In this document: positions 50,601 to 63,066 of the stretch, piece by piece
Layout of the letters: each line of letters opens with the position of its first letter
Numbering within the stretch: the stretch's first letter is position 1
Source: Blepharisma stoltei ATCC 30299
Taxonomy: Eukaryota > Protista > Ciliophora
Assembly: GCA_965603825.1 (NCBI GenBank)
Contig: CBFDEM010000040.1
Coordinates: forward strand, 248,001-312,000
Length of the DNA: 64,000 nucleotides
Direction: 5' to 3'
Made by a program: the position numbers and the translations under genes
Notes under the pieces: model-generated
What the model was told of the DNA's origin: nothing
Seen by the model: only the letters and a program-made list of their open reading frames with translations
Databases searched by the model: none

Positions 50601-53600
50601 TGAATATGTCTCGTGCTGTAGTGCTGGATCCTATTATGACGGGACTCAGTGTTTGACCTGTGGAAGCCTCTGCTCTTCATGTGAAGATGAAACTGGAGAT
50701 TGCAAGGCCTGCTTGGACTCAAATAGAATGGAAATTAGTACGACTGATACTAAAATTTGCACTTGTAAAGGAACTCAAATTTTGACTGGGGACTCTTGTG
50801 GCTGCTCCGATGGATTTTTCTTTGATGGGTCCACTTGCGTCCAATGTGGCACACTTTGTGATGCTTGCGATGATTATACAGGAAATTGCAAAGTTTGTGT
50901 TGATAATGCAGAAGTTAGTAATGAAGACAGTAAGGTATGTGCATGCAAAGGAACTTCAACCCAAAGTGGAAGCTCATGCTACTGCGCTGATGGAGAATAT
51001 TACGATGGAAGTAGCTGTCAGACTTGTGATAGCACCTGCAAATCATGCAAAGACACCACAGCCGTTTGTATTACATGTGCAGATAGCGATAGAATGTATC
51101 CTGATAAATCAGGCACTACATGCAAGTGCAAAGGATCTCAAACTCAAAATAATGATAAATCTTGTTCATGCAAGGCTGGGACATATTTCAGCAGTTCTGA
51201 TGGAAATTGTAAAACTTGTGGAAGTATGTGTGAAACATGCAGTGATTTTACTGGCACATGTACTTCTTGTACTAACAGTGACAGGATGGAGCTTGATGAC
51301 ACAAAATGTTCTTGCAAAGGAAATCAGCAGTCAGATGGAACTAAATGTTATTGCTCAAAAGGCAGCTACTTTGATTCAGAAACTTGCTCATCTTGTGGAA
51401 GCCTGTGCGCTGCCTGTGATGATATTACTGGTTCTTGCAATGATTGTAAAGATAACCAAAGAATGAGTGTTAAAGATGACAAATCAGGTTGCCAATGCAA
51501 AGGAACTCAGCTTTATGATGAAGCATCCAAAAGTTGTTACTGTCCTGATGGAACCTGGAATGGTAGCATTTGTCTTATCTGTACCCAAAACTGCTTATCA
51601 TGTGATGAAAATAACTGTCTCAAATGCAGTGACGGCTATTTCTATAACACTGGAACAAAACTTTGCGAAACTTGCACAACTAATTGCGCAAAATGCACTG
51701 CAGATGCCTGCTCACAATGTAAATATTCTTCTATGTCGATTTCTGGCACTGAGTGTAAATGTCCGGATGGGACCTATTTTGATGGAAGCACATGTGCTAT
51801 TTGTGGCACTTTATGTGATAAATGCACAAGTCTCAGCGAGTGTTCTTCCTGCTTGGATGATACAACCATGGCTGTAAGCACGACAGATCCTGGAACTTGT
51901 TCCTGCTTGGACAATAAGATTTATGATGGAACTGCTTGTGCCGATTGTGGCGCTTATTGTAATGAATGCGATTCAAGTTCTAAATACTGCACAACTTGTT
52001 TAAATAGATTTGAACTTAGTCCTTCGTCAAACTATCACTGTCAATGTATTGGCAACCAATTGCTGAATTCGAACACTAAGACTTGCTATTGTTACTCAGG
52101 ATATTATTTTGACAATCAAAACTGTGTCCGTTGTAAAACAATGTGTAAGGCCTGCGTTGATTATTCAGGGGCTTGCTCAGATTGTATAAATAAAGATAGG
52201 ATGGTCAGTAATGCGGATGGGTCTTGCAGTTGCAAAGGGTCTCAGCTATCCACCGGAAATATTTGTTATTGCCCAACAAGGACTTATTTCACAGGCACAA
52301 CGTGCGCTGACTGTCCGAAGCATTGTGAAATCTGTAGTGATTCAACTGGAAAGTGTACTTCATGTATTGACAGCCTTATGACTCTTGATACGAATGCCAA
52401 TACATGTACTTGCCCGAGTGGCTATTATTTTGATGGCAAACAGTGTATGCAATGCGGCAAGTTCTGTAAGAATTGTGAAGAAACAACTGGCAAGTGTTTA
52501 GAATGTCAAGATAGCTTGAAAATGGATTTAGTTGATGGAGTATGCAGTTGCAAGGGAAATCAGCTTGCAGGAGATACTGGTTGCTACTGCAAGAGTGGCT
52601 ATTTTGATAGCTCAAACTGCGTTGATTGTCTCGGATTTTGCTCAACCTGCAAAGATTTCACTGGGGAGTGCACAAAATGTATTGACTCAAACAATATGAT
52701 GGTATCAACAACAGACAATCAGATTTGTGTTTGCAAAGGAAACCTAAAAACTGGAGATAACAAATGCTACTGCGATGATGGATATTTCTTGAAGAATGCT
52801 TATTGTTATCCATGCACAGATCCAGATTGCCAAAAATGTACTAGCTCTTACCAATGCTCTCAATGTAAAGAATTATCAAGCTATGTAAATGGATACTCTT
52901 GCAAAAGTTGCCCTGCTGGATATTACTCAGAGCAGGATGGAACTCACTGCTCTCCTTGTGGAACCTGGTGTTCGAAGTGCTCATCTTACAACAGTTGCAA
53001 TAGTTGCAATGACCCTACAACAATGCAAATCGACTCAAATGGTGCAACTTGCTCATGCAAGGGAAATCAGCTCTCTACAGGCACTTCTTGCTATTGCAAC
53101 TCAAACTATTACTTTAATGGAGACACATGTGAATCCTGCTTAGGAAAATGGTGTGGAACATGCGATTCAAGCAATGGGCACTGTTTATATTGTTGGAATG
53201 GTTATACAATGCAAGTCAGCACCACAAATGTCAAGGATTGCGAATGCAAAGGAAATCAGGTTGCAGGTCTTTATGGATGCGAATGCGGCACCAGCCAGTA
53301 CTTTGATGGGACAACATGCACAGGCTGCACCGATTCAGGCTGCGGAGCATGTTCAAGAGTTAAACAGTGTGACAAATGTTTGGACCTTAATAAATGGATT
53401 GAAGGCTACACTTGTAAGTCACCTTCAAATGGATATTATGCAGTAGGTGACGGAGTTCACAGAAAAGCTTGTGGAAAGTGGTGCACTCAATGTGAGGATG
53501 TAACTGGCAAATGCTTGACATGTAAGGATAGCACCAGAATGGAGTTTAGCACCTCAAATACTAAAAACTGTATGTGTATCGGAAACCAACTTTACAGCAA

Positions 53601-56600
53601 TTCTGCATGCTATTGCGTAGAAGGAACCTATTTTGATGGCTCAAACTGCGTCCAATGCGATACCATGTGTTCCAAATGCAAAGACACCACAGGCGAGTGT
53701 GAAACCTGTGCAGACACTTCTAGGATGCAAGTTTCATTGACCAATTCTCGCATTTGTACTTGCAAAGGGAATCAGATAGCAAGCTCTACAAGTTGTTCTT
53801 GCACTGATGGATACTATTTTGATGAAACAAACTGTGTTGCCTGTGGAAAGCAATGTGGCAAGTGTTTAGATTATACAGCAGAATGTGTGGCTTGCTCAGA
53901 TCCTAACGCAGCAATAAGTCAGACAAACAATAAAGAATGCTATTGTTTGGGAACTCAAGTATACGATGGTACAAATTGTATCTGTGAAACTGGTCTGTTC
54001 AACGGCACAACTTGTGCTGATTGTGGATCCCTCTGTAATGAATGCGATTCAACAACACATAAATGCAATTCGTGTTTGGATGATAAAAGAATGGTCCCAA
54101 GTACAACAAACGATATTGTCTGCGAGTGCATAGGAAATCAAGCCTTATCTGGGTCAAGCTGTACTTGCAATTTAAGCTACTACTTTAATTCACAAAACTG
54201 TGTGAAATGTGGAACCTTCTGTGATAAATGCGATGACTTCGATGGAAAGTGCACTTCGTGCTTGCAGTCAAAAAGAATGAAACTTTCTGAATCTGGCCTG
54301 ACTTGTGAATGCATTGGAAATCAAACGGCAAGCTCTGCAGGATGCAACTGTTTAGCTCCTCGAGAGTTTTTCGATGGCTCTCAATGTGCTTGGTGTTCTG
54401 AATTTTGCGAAGCGTGTGATGATTTTACTGGAAAATGCACATCATGTGTGGACTCAAGCATGATACTTGATACAAGTTCAAATAAATGCTCATGCCAAGC
54501 TGGATATTACTTTAAATCAGGAAAATGTGTACCATGTGGAGATTTTTGTATGGAGTGCGGAAATTATGATGGAGTATGCACAAAATGTAAAAACGATGAT
54601 AGAATGGTTTTCAGTAAAGATCACCCTGAATCATGTGAATGTGCTGGAAACCAGTTGTTTGATGGGCAAATCTGCAGTTGCGAAATAGGCAGATTCTTTA
54701 ATGGCTCATACTGCTTGCAGTGTGGCGATCTCTGCCATGATTGTGCCGACAATACTGGAACTTGCTTGAATTGTAATAATGACAAGACAATGATATTCGC
54801 TGATGATAAATTTAGCTGTGTCTGCATAGGAGATTTAGAAAAGGATACTGACTCATGCACATGCAGCTCTGGTTGGTTTAATGGTGCCAATTGTGCAAGC
54901 TGCGGTACTTTTTGCAGTAAGTGTGACTTTTATACTGGAGTGTGCTCTGAGTGTACTGATCAAATCAGAATGGAGTTTAGTCAAGCAGACAAAAAGAATT
55001 GTGTTTGCAAAGGAAGCCAAATAGCTGATAGTACATCTTGCTCTTGTCCAAATGATTCAGTGTTTAACGGAGTAGATTGCGTTGCTTGTGAACCTAGCTG
55101 CTCTTCTGTGTGCACTGGAGCTACTTATTATGACACCATCTCGCAATCATGCAAAAATTGTGGAGACTTCTGCACTGTCTGCTCAAGTAAAACAGACTGC
55201 TCTCAGTGTTCTGATCCTACCACTATGATTCCTGACCCTGAAGGCTCTGGTCACTGCGTCTGCAAAGAATCATATTATTTAGAAGACTTAACCTGCCAGG
55301 CTTGTGGAACTTTATGCAGCGTATGTAACTCAGACCAGTGTCTTACCTGTGCAAGCATCGACAACATTGAAAAAGACCCTGACAATGCAAAAGTTTGCAA
55401 ATGTACAGATGGGCATGTTTACAATTATATTACTCAGAAATGCGAGGATTGTGGAAGCTCATGCTCTGGCTTTTGTGGGGCTCTTTGTTCTTCTTGCGAC
55501 ACAACGCATTGCACAGAGTGTTTGGATACTCAAACTATGACTTATGACCCTAATGATCCATTTAATTGTAAATGCTTCCAAGGAACATATTATGACTTAG
55601 ATTTGCATGCTTGTACAAACTGTGGAACTCTGTGTAAGAGTTGTGAAAGCGGCAGCAATTGTTTAGAATGCGTCAACTCTGCAATGGTAGTTGATCCTAC
55701 AGACCCTGGATCTTGCACATGCTCTGGAGCATTTTATTCCCAAGGAACAAATTGTTTGCCTTGTGGAACCTTGTGCAGCAGGTGCAGCGCAGAGAAGTGT
55801 TTTACTTGCGAAAATATTATCAACGTTATAAAAAACACAGATAATCCTACTATTTGTAAATGCAAAGATGGATATTCGTATCATGAAAGCACAAATACTT
55901 GTGAGGTCACTTGTGGAGATCTGTGCTCGACTTGTAGTGAGACCCAATGCACAATCTGTATAGACACAATTCTCATGGTCCAAGATCCTAATAGTCCACT
56001 TAAATGTATTTGCAAGGACGGATACTACTACGACACAATCTCAAAGTCTTGCAAAGTATGCGGCAATAACTGTTCTATTTGCTCTTCTGCAACTCTATGC
56101 ACTGAGTGCAAAGATGCCTGGATGATAACTAGTGAAAGTCAGCCTGGCTCATGTGTATGCAAATCTGGAACATACGAAAAAGACAGTCAATGCGTCAAAT
56201 GTAGTTTGCCTTGCACAGAATGCGCCAGCTCAGCTTTTTGCACAAAATGTCAAGATGATATGACTCTTGACACAAAGACAGGATTGTGCTCATGCTCAGC
56301 AGCAGCGAAATATTATGACTCAACCTTGACAGCATGCATGAATTGCCCTGATAGATGCTCTTCTTGTACTTCAGATAAAGTGTGCACTGATTGTATAGAA
56401 AACGCAGCTTTAACTTCAACTGCTTCTTGTGCTTGTGTTGCAGGCTATTTCTCTCTTAATGGAAAATGCACTAAGTGTCCAGATTTATGTGAAACTTGTG
56501 AAAGCCAAGCTAAGTGTTTGACCTGCAAGAAGTATGCATCAGTTGGCGCTGATAATTTGTGTCATTGCAACACTCAATTCAGCATGAATAGCGAAGGATC

Positions 56601-59600
56601 CTGCACATCTGTATGTAATAACCTTTGCACTGCTTGCAGCGAATCAGATGGCAATAGCTGTACTGCCTGTATTACAAATGCTGAGTTATCAAAAACTGTT
56701 TGCTCTTGTACTGCCAATTCTGCTTATGATTCAGGCTCAAAATCTTGTGTCTGCAACTCGGGCTCAACGCTTATCAATAATAAATGTGTGACATGCAAGA
56801 AGTACCTGTCTAACACCGATATCAAAAAATCGTCATTTGCCTCCTCATGGGCTTATTTATATGTTTACTTTAATGTCAAAGTCGATATGACTCTAGACTC
56901 AAGCTGTTCCAAAGTGATCGCCAGCGACTCCCTCACAAAGTTGGGAGAAAATCCTGCATGCTCTTGGGCAGACTCAAAGACCTTGAGAATTGGGCTTGGG
57001 GTGGGCTTTACTCAGAGAACTGATTCATTGCTTTATTTGGACGGAACTTATATAGTGAAAGCCACAGATGATCCTTGCACAACGCAGTATCAGCCTTTAA
57101 GTGTGATGCCAACTGCTACTTCAAACCCAGCTCCTACAGCTAAAGTTAGTGGTCCAACGAGTATTTCAATCTCATGCAGCTCGGATCCTTTAGTTTATAC
57201 AAGCGAAAAATCAACAGGCTCTTTAGGAACAGCCCTTACATATGCTTGGTCAGCAGAAATCTCTCCAGCAAATTCAGCTTTGGCTTCGACTATTGCTTCG
57301 ACTACTACCGCGAGCCTCACTATCAATAGAAGTAACTTCAGCACAAGTTCAACAACAACATTAAAGATAACTCTTAAAATCACAAATACCCTTGGACTTT
57401 CCAATTCAGACTCAATGACAACAACAATCCAAGGAGGTGATGCTTTATCTGTAGCTTTCGACCAAGGAAACTCCGTCTCAATAAAGGCTTCAGATTCAAA
57501 GACTCTTAAGGCAAAAGTATCAGCTCTTTGTGGCGACTTGACTACTGCAATCTCATGGCAATGGAGCTATGTGAGCGGCCCAGAAATTGACTCTGCAGCA
57601 ATTCTTGCAAATGGCGGGACTACAAGTAAACTGACAATTAGTGCTAATGCACTATCAGCTAGCAGCACTTTATACGTCTTTATGGCTACAGCAACTCAAG
57701 CCAGCAGTGGAGGTTCGATAAGTGGGAGTGCAACCATTTCTATAACAGTTACAGCATCTCAGCTATATATCAAGCTATCAAAGAACAGTGGTGACATTTC
57801 GCCTAGCCAAGACTATACTATTGATGCAAATGGCTCTTATGACCCAGATGATTCTACTCTTCCTCTGAGCTATAGCTGGACTTGTGTAAATAACGCAGAT
57901 GGATCTACTTGCACTGGAAGTGACTCTAAAACCCTTCTAAATAACGAAGTTGCATCAAGTTTGACCATTCCAAAATCAAGAATGGTTAAAGGTGCTGCAT
58001 GGGATATCACCTGTACTATTTCTAAAGACACTAGAAGCTCAAGTTTGACTATAAATCTCAATGTATTAAAGAAGGATACAAGCACTGCTGCTTGGATACT
58101 AACAGATACTCTCAAGCTTAACCCACATAAATTCAATAGGTACATTGCCAACATTGTCGCTTCTCTAACTGCCGCATTGATTTGGACTCAGCGATCTGGA
58201 AATGCTGTTTCATTTTATCCTAACTATCTTTCAACACTTGGATTCCAATCAATGACTCTTTCTGAAGGCGTTATATATGGTTTTGACCTCAGTATAACTG
58301 ATCAAGGTGTCACTTTAACGATACAGTTATCAATTTCAGTAAACCAAGGTGCTGCTTGTACAAGTGGTCTTCAAGTAAACCTTGTAGACGATGAAGGATC
58401 AGCCCTAATTGATACTTATAAACTTTGAATTGACGGTTGTTATGATCGTGATGGGGAAGATTTACCAATCTTATATCAATTCCAAGATATTTGGAGAGGC
58501 AAGGTGTTTACACTTGGATATGCAAAAGAAGCAAATTCAGTAGAAACCTATTTGTTTTGGGGGAGAAATCAGCTAACTGCTCACGTTTGCGACCAACTAG
58601 GCACTTGCTCAGATTACTCCAAAACTTTAAGAGTTAAAGCGTTTAATAGGAGACTTCTTGAGGACAGTTTGATGAACTCATACATTTCCAGCACTTTAGA
58701 TGAAGACAACATCCCGTCTTCTATCAGCCTCTACTGCGGCTCAGCAACGATTGAAAATGACTTATTCACAAGAATGTGGAGTGACTTGCAGAGTTATGTG
58801 GCTAACCAAAAAGAACTCACAAGCAGTGAGCTCGACAGTGTTTTAGGAGCACTTTATTCAATGACGACTCAGGAATCTCAGATGACCTTAAGCCTTTATA
58901 AAGAATTTATTAGCTGGCTTGATGGGCTACTTACAACTTATACTTCCCTAATTCCTACTCAAGACAACATGATTACACTTGTTTCTATTGCAGACAGTTT
59001 CATGAGCTATGGGAATACTACTGACTACTCTGAGCAGCCTCTAGAAGACTACGTAATGACAGCAAATGACCTTGTCCTCACTTGGGCTGCAGTTGCAACT
59101 AAAGAAGACCTTGTAAACCAGACTTCGCTTAACGGGACTCAAAATACTGATCAAACTAAGATATTTAAGTACAGAAACTTCCCATCCGACATGCAAAATT
59201 CTAATATCACACTTGGGACAAATCGATCTATTGCACTTCCAAGTCAGCTGGATTTCACATCCACAGATATCATGAATATGAGAGCCCTATACTTCAATAC
59301 CTCATCTGATGATTATTCTGATGTTATATCATTGAGTTTCTCAACCTCTGGCAATTATACTGACAATACAATGAACTACTATGATAATGAAACTTACACT
59401 CCGTTCTCAAGCTCAGAACACCCAGTCACTATAGAGCTTCCTATTAATAAAAATGTTTCAGAAGGCGCAACAATGGGCTGCTTATACTATAACGAAACAA
59501 GTAAAGCTTGGACAGAAGATGGCTGCAAGGTTTTAGAAATAAATAGCGAAAGTGTTATCTTTGAAGTTTACCATTTCTCCATGTTTAAGCTGGGTGAAGC

Positions 59601-60684
59601 AGGCTCTACCATATCCCCACCTCCAATTTACACTCCTCCAAGCTCATCATGCGGTGACAATTACGCACCAATCTACATCCTGGTCGTCACTTTATTCATG
59701 CTTATCATTTTGAGTCCTATCATGATCTGGTTTGACAGAGCCCAGAAAGTAGATCATGATGTCCAGCAGACCCACAAGAAAGTTCCTATGAACTCCCCAA
59801 CCCATGTGTCGAGACCAACTGAAATGGCTCTAATTAATATACAATCAGAATATAGCTCACCTAATATTACATCAAGAGAAGAAGAGGTTAATGAATCTGA
59901 AGAAAGCTCAGGGGTTATTGAATCAAGAGAGATCGATTTGACTGAAAATTCCTATGCTGTGCCAGTTGAGCAGGTAGAGCTAAGCAGAGGAGAAGAAGAG
60001 GTTGTGGAACCTGAAGAGATGAGCTCAGACTTTGACAATTCAGGGGGCATTGTAGAATCCCAGGAAATCGATTTGACTGAAAATTCCTTCGCGTTCCAAG
60101 TCGCAGGAGTTGTTGAGAAGCCTCAAGCTCAGACTGTAGAAGCTACTAAAACAGAGCTGCAGGCACTTTTCGAAGGTCACTTGACATTTGGAATTATTTA
60201 TTATAGACCGATCTTTTCTAGATGGACGAGATTGTTTACCTTGATCACTATACTTCTCTTTGAGTTGCTGCTAGAAGGTTTATTGCTCTTTGGATTTGAA
60301 GATATAAATTCTGGATCAGAGGAGTCTACTGAGACACTATTTGCAGATTACCAAGCCAAATTCTTTGGCTACACTATTTTGGCTCTTGCTATTGCTATTC
60401 CAATTGAAATTTTGTTAATTATTGCCTTTAGCATTGATAGAAATAAAGCTCCTTATTGGCCTGCATTTGCAACTGCATTAGGAACTGCATTGATTATTGG
60501 CTCTATAATTGGAATTGTGATGCTCAGTTATACTTTCTGCCATGAGTGGAGCGGCTACTGGGCAATTTGCTTCCTTTGGGGTATTTTAATTGAAATCTTC
60601 GTTATGCAAACAATCTATATGACTGCCAGATATTTCATTTTGGAAAGTTTCCAACCCGAAGAAGTTACAACCAAGGTTAACTAA
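47656..60684 (+). CDS. Giant polycystin-1/REJ-like surface receptor, 4342 aa (signal peptide - furin-like Cys-rich repeats - PKD/REJ - GAIN/GPS - about 5 TM)
   Basis: ORFs 47656..58428 and 58504..60684 are co-framed and joined by one TGA (58426-58428). Motifs include DANGSYDPD and YSWTC (REJ/PKD), GPS CLYYN...WTEDGC...HFSMF, TM1, HLTF..RPIFSRWTRL and four more hydrophobic helices. Confidence 0.9.
48208..48612 (+). repeat. Intragenic tandem repeat, 3 x 135 nt (45 aa)
   Basis: Units start at 48208, 48343 and 48478 (CCDKGQYYDGSDC...EMDIT). Confidence 0.9.
48625..49326 (+). repeat. Intragenic tandem repeat, about 5 x 144 nt (48 aa), near-identical
   Basis: Units start at 48625, 48769, 48913, 49057 and 49201 (CDSGYYMDDQGECQQCSDKCEECEDITGKC...). 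Confidence 0.93.
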
Positions 60685-60879
60685 CTAATAATCTTTCAGA
60701 TTAAAATTTATTTCTGCATAAAAAAATTGGCGTATAAATTATCTATTTGTTTCTAGTACCAAATTCTTTAATGTATATATAAAGAGCTGTGTGGCAAATT
60801 AGCATTGAAAAGACAAAAACTATAAATTTTCTAATCTTAGTCTAAAATTATAAAATACTTATTTTTATTATAATTATTT

Positions 60880-61002
60880 GTTGCAGCTGTTATGCCTGCT
60901 GGGCAATTTGTATAGCAATATCCAGCGAAGCAATAATAAGGAGAAACACAAGTGATAAAGCTAGCAGTATTTGAGTTCCAGCAAGTTGCACAGGGGAAGT
61001 GC
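60880..61002 (-). pseudogene. Relic of a furin-like Cys-rich repeat gene
   Basis: The minus strand reads HFPCATCWNSNTASFITCVSPYYCFAGYCYTNCPAG, preceded by an in-frame TAG and lacking a start. Confidence 0.45.
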
Positions 61003-63066
61003 TAGAGCTTAGAATCTTTTGGATAAGTTTTACAGTGGTCTGGAAGTATTCAGATCGGGCATATCTCAGTAAAATTATGACTATCTTCAGAATTAGGACT
61101 TTCTAAACATTTAACATTAACTATCTATGTAGAAGTTTCTGAAAGCATTTTGGTATCAATGAATCCCTGAATATTTTTTTGCTAATTTTCCAATAAGCTA
61201 TATTGCACTTTTGTCTTTCTCATTTTAGTGTTCAATAGTATTCCATACTGAAAGTAGCTTTGATTTGCTGTGGGGATAGTGCAATTTCGTTCGCTAATTG
61301 CCATGAATATTTCGGTATGCTCCACAAGTATAATATTTGCATTGCTAGATAATAAAAAGCTTAAATTGAGTGATTTTTCATTTGAAATGTCATTGATGAT
61401 TAAGTGCTGGTGAATAGATTTTGCTTAATAATAAGTATTAGAGCATTCAGATTGATTTCATAGATTGCAAAAGCTATCGATTTCTTGAATTGATTTTAGA
61501 AAATTTTAGTTTTTAAGCAGTTCATACAATTGCTTAGGTTTGAAATGCAATCATGCCAACAAGCTGCAGATAATCTTAATCTTCGAAAGCCAATTATTTT
61601 GGATTTGATAAAGTGAATGATACTTTTTTTAGCTAAATTGAGGAAAATAAGTATTGTGTATAAAACTGAGAAAAGCTTATTTGGTTTCCAGCCGAAAATT
61701 ATGCAGTATCAGAAAGTGATCAGATGATGCTGACTCTAATAATAAAACACTATTTTATTATAATGAATTTAAAACAAAATCTATAAGATTCTAGATTGCG
61801 ATGAAACCGATAATTGTGAGTGGGGACTTGATGAAAATCTTTAAATTTTGAAAGTTATGAAGAATTTTTGTTAGCAGCGATAAGAACTGAAGAAGAAATA
61901 CTGGATTCGGGGAAAATGTTCAGATTCTCACTTGGTGCCAATTCAATTGGTTGCCTCAATCAGGAAGCGATATTGGGAAGAGAGTCAAAAAACCAAAGAT
62001 AAGAGAGCGGGAAGAACTTGAGCAGAATTGGAGCAAAAAGTTAGGCAAGAGTTCAAGCAGGAATTTAAGAAATGAAATCGGCTAAATCCGGAATTAAGCT
62101 TCACCAAACCAGCTCAATCCTGGCTGAGCACATTCCCACACGCAACCTCTATTGCTCGAGGTCACTGCATAAATTAGACGTAGGATTAGCCACAAGGATT
62201 AAGAGAATAGGTTGGCTCGCCAAATGATTTTTATAGATATAGCTGCTACAAAATTAAGTCTTGGAAGAGGAGAGTTCAATACTTGAATATTAGTGATTGA
62301 AAAATATATAATATTTGTAAGAGTTTTCTTATAAGCTTTCAACCAGCTTGAGCGCGATTCTTATTGAGAACTGAAGTCGCATGCACCCAATTGTAAGAAA
62401 ACTTTTAAGCCTAATTTTATTGGCTTATATATTATATTGCACTGCCTTGATGTCTTTCTTTCTTTGAATTTTGTCATTGATCGTCTATATAAATATTTCT
62501 GGGAATGTTTGGAGGAAAAAACATTAAAAACTCCTTTTTTAGGATTTAAAGTGCGAGCTACAAAAAATATTCAATATTTAAATAAATCGAAAGCTAATTT
62601 TATTAAGCTCATAGTCCCTAAACTTTTAAATTTAAATTATAATTAAATTCTTACTCAAATTTTACAAATTGTATATTTATATCTTTGAAAATAAAATTAG
62701 AAATAATTATCTACTCAAGTGAGCAAATAATTTTTCTCACTCTTTAAGGCGAAGAAAATAAAAATATTTAAATTTATCATAAAGCTGCTAAGCACATAAT
62801 TCCTGCTTTTCTATTTTGATCAAATGCTTGCTAATGTATAAAAATGATTTTAAAATAAATAAAATCAAAATTAATAATAAAGTCAATTCCATAAAGAAGA
62901 ATAAAGTATGTGCTGACACTAATAAAATTGCCTTATTGGCAAGAATCTCTAAGAGTTCAAAAACTCCTTTAATTATATTATAATGAAAATTAGTGGACTC
63001 TAGTTATCTTATAGAAATCAATAAACTTATTAAGGATGTCCTTCTTTTAAATTTTTATAATTGCAA

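Noticed and set aside
47738-58154. Many alternative-frame and antisense ORFs inside the giant gene (likewise 6349..6795, 12329..12613, 14701..15111, 29344..29866 and others)
   Set aside because: They are shadows of biased codon usage in real genes, with no domain features.
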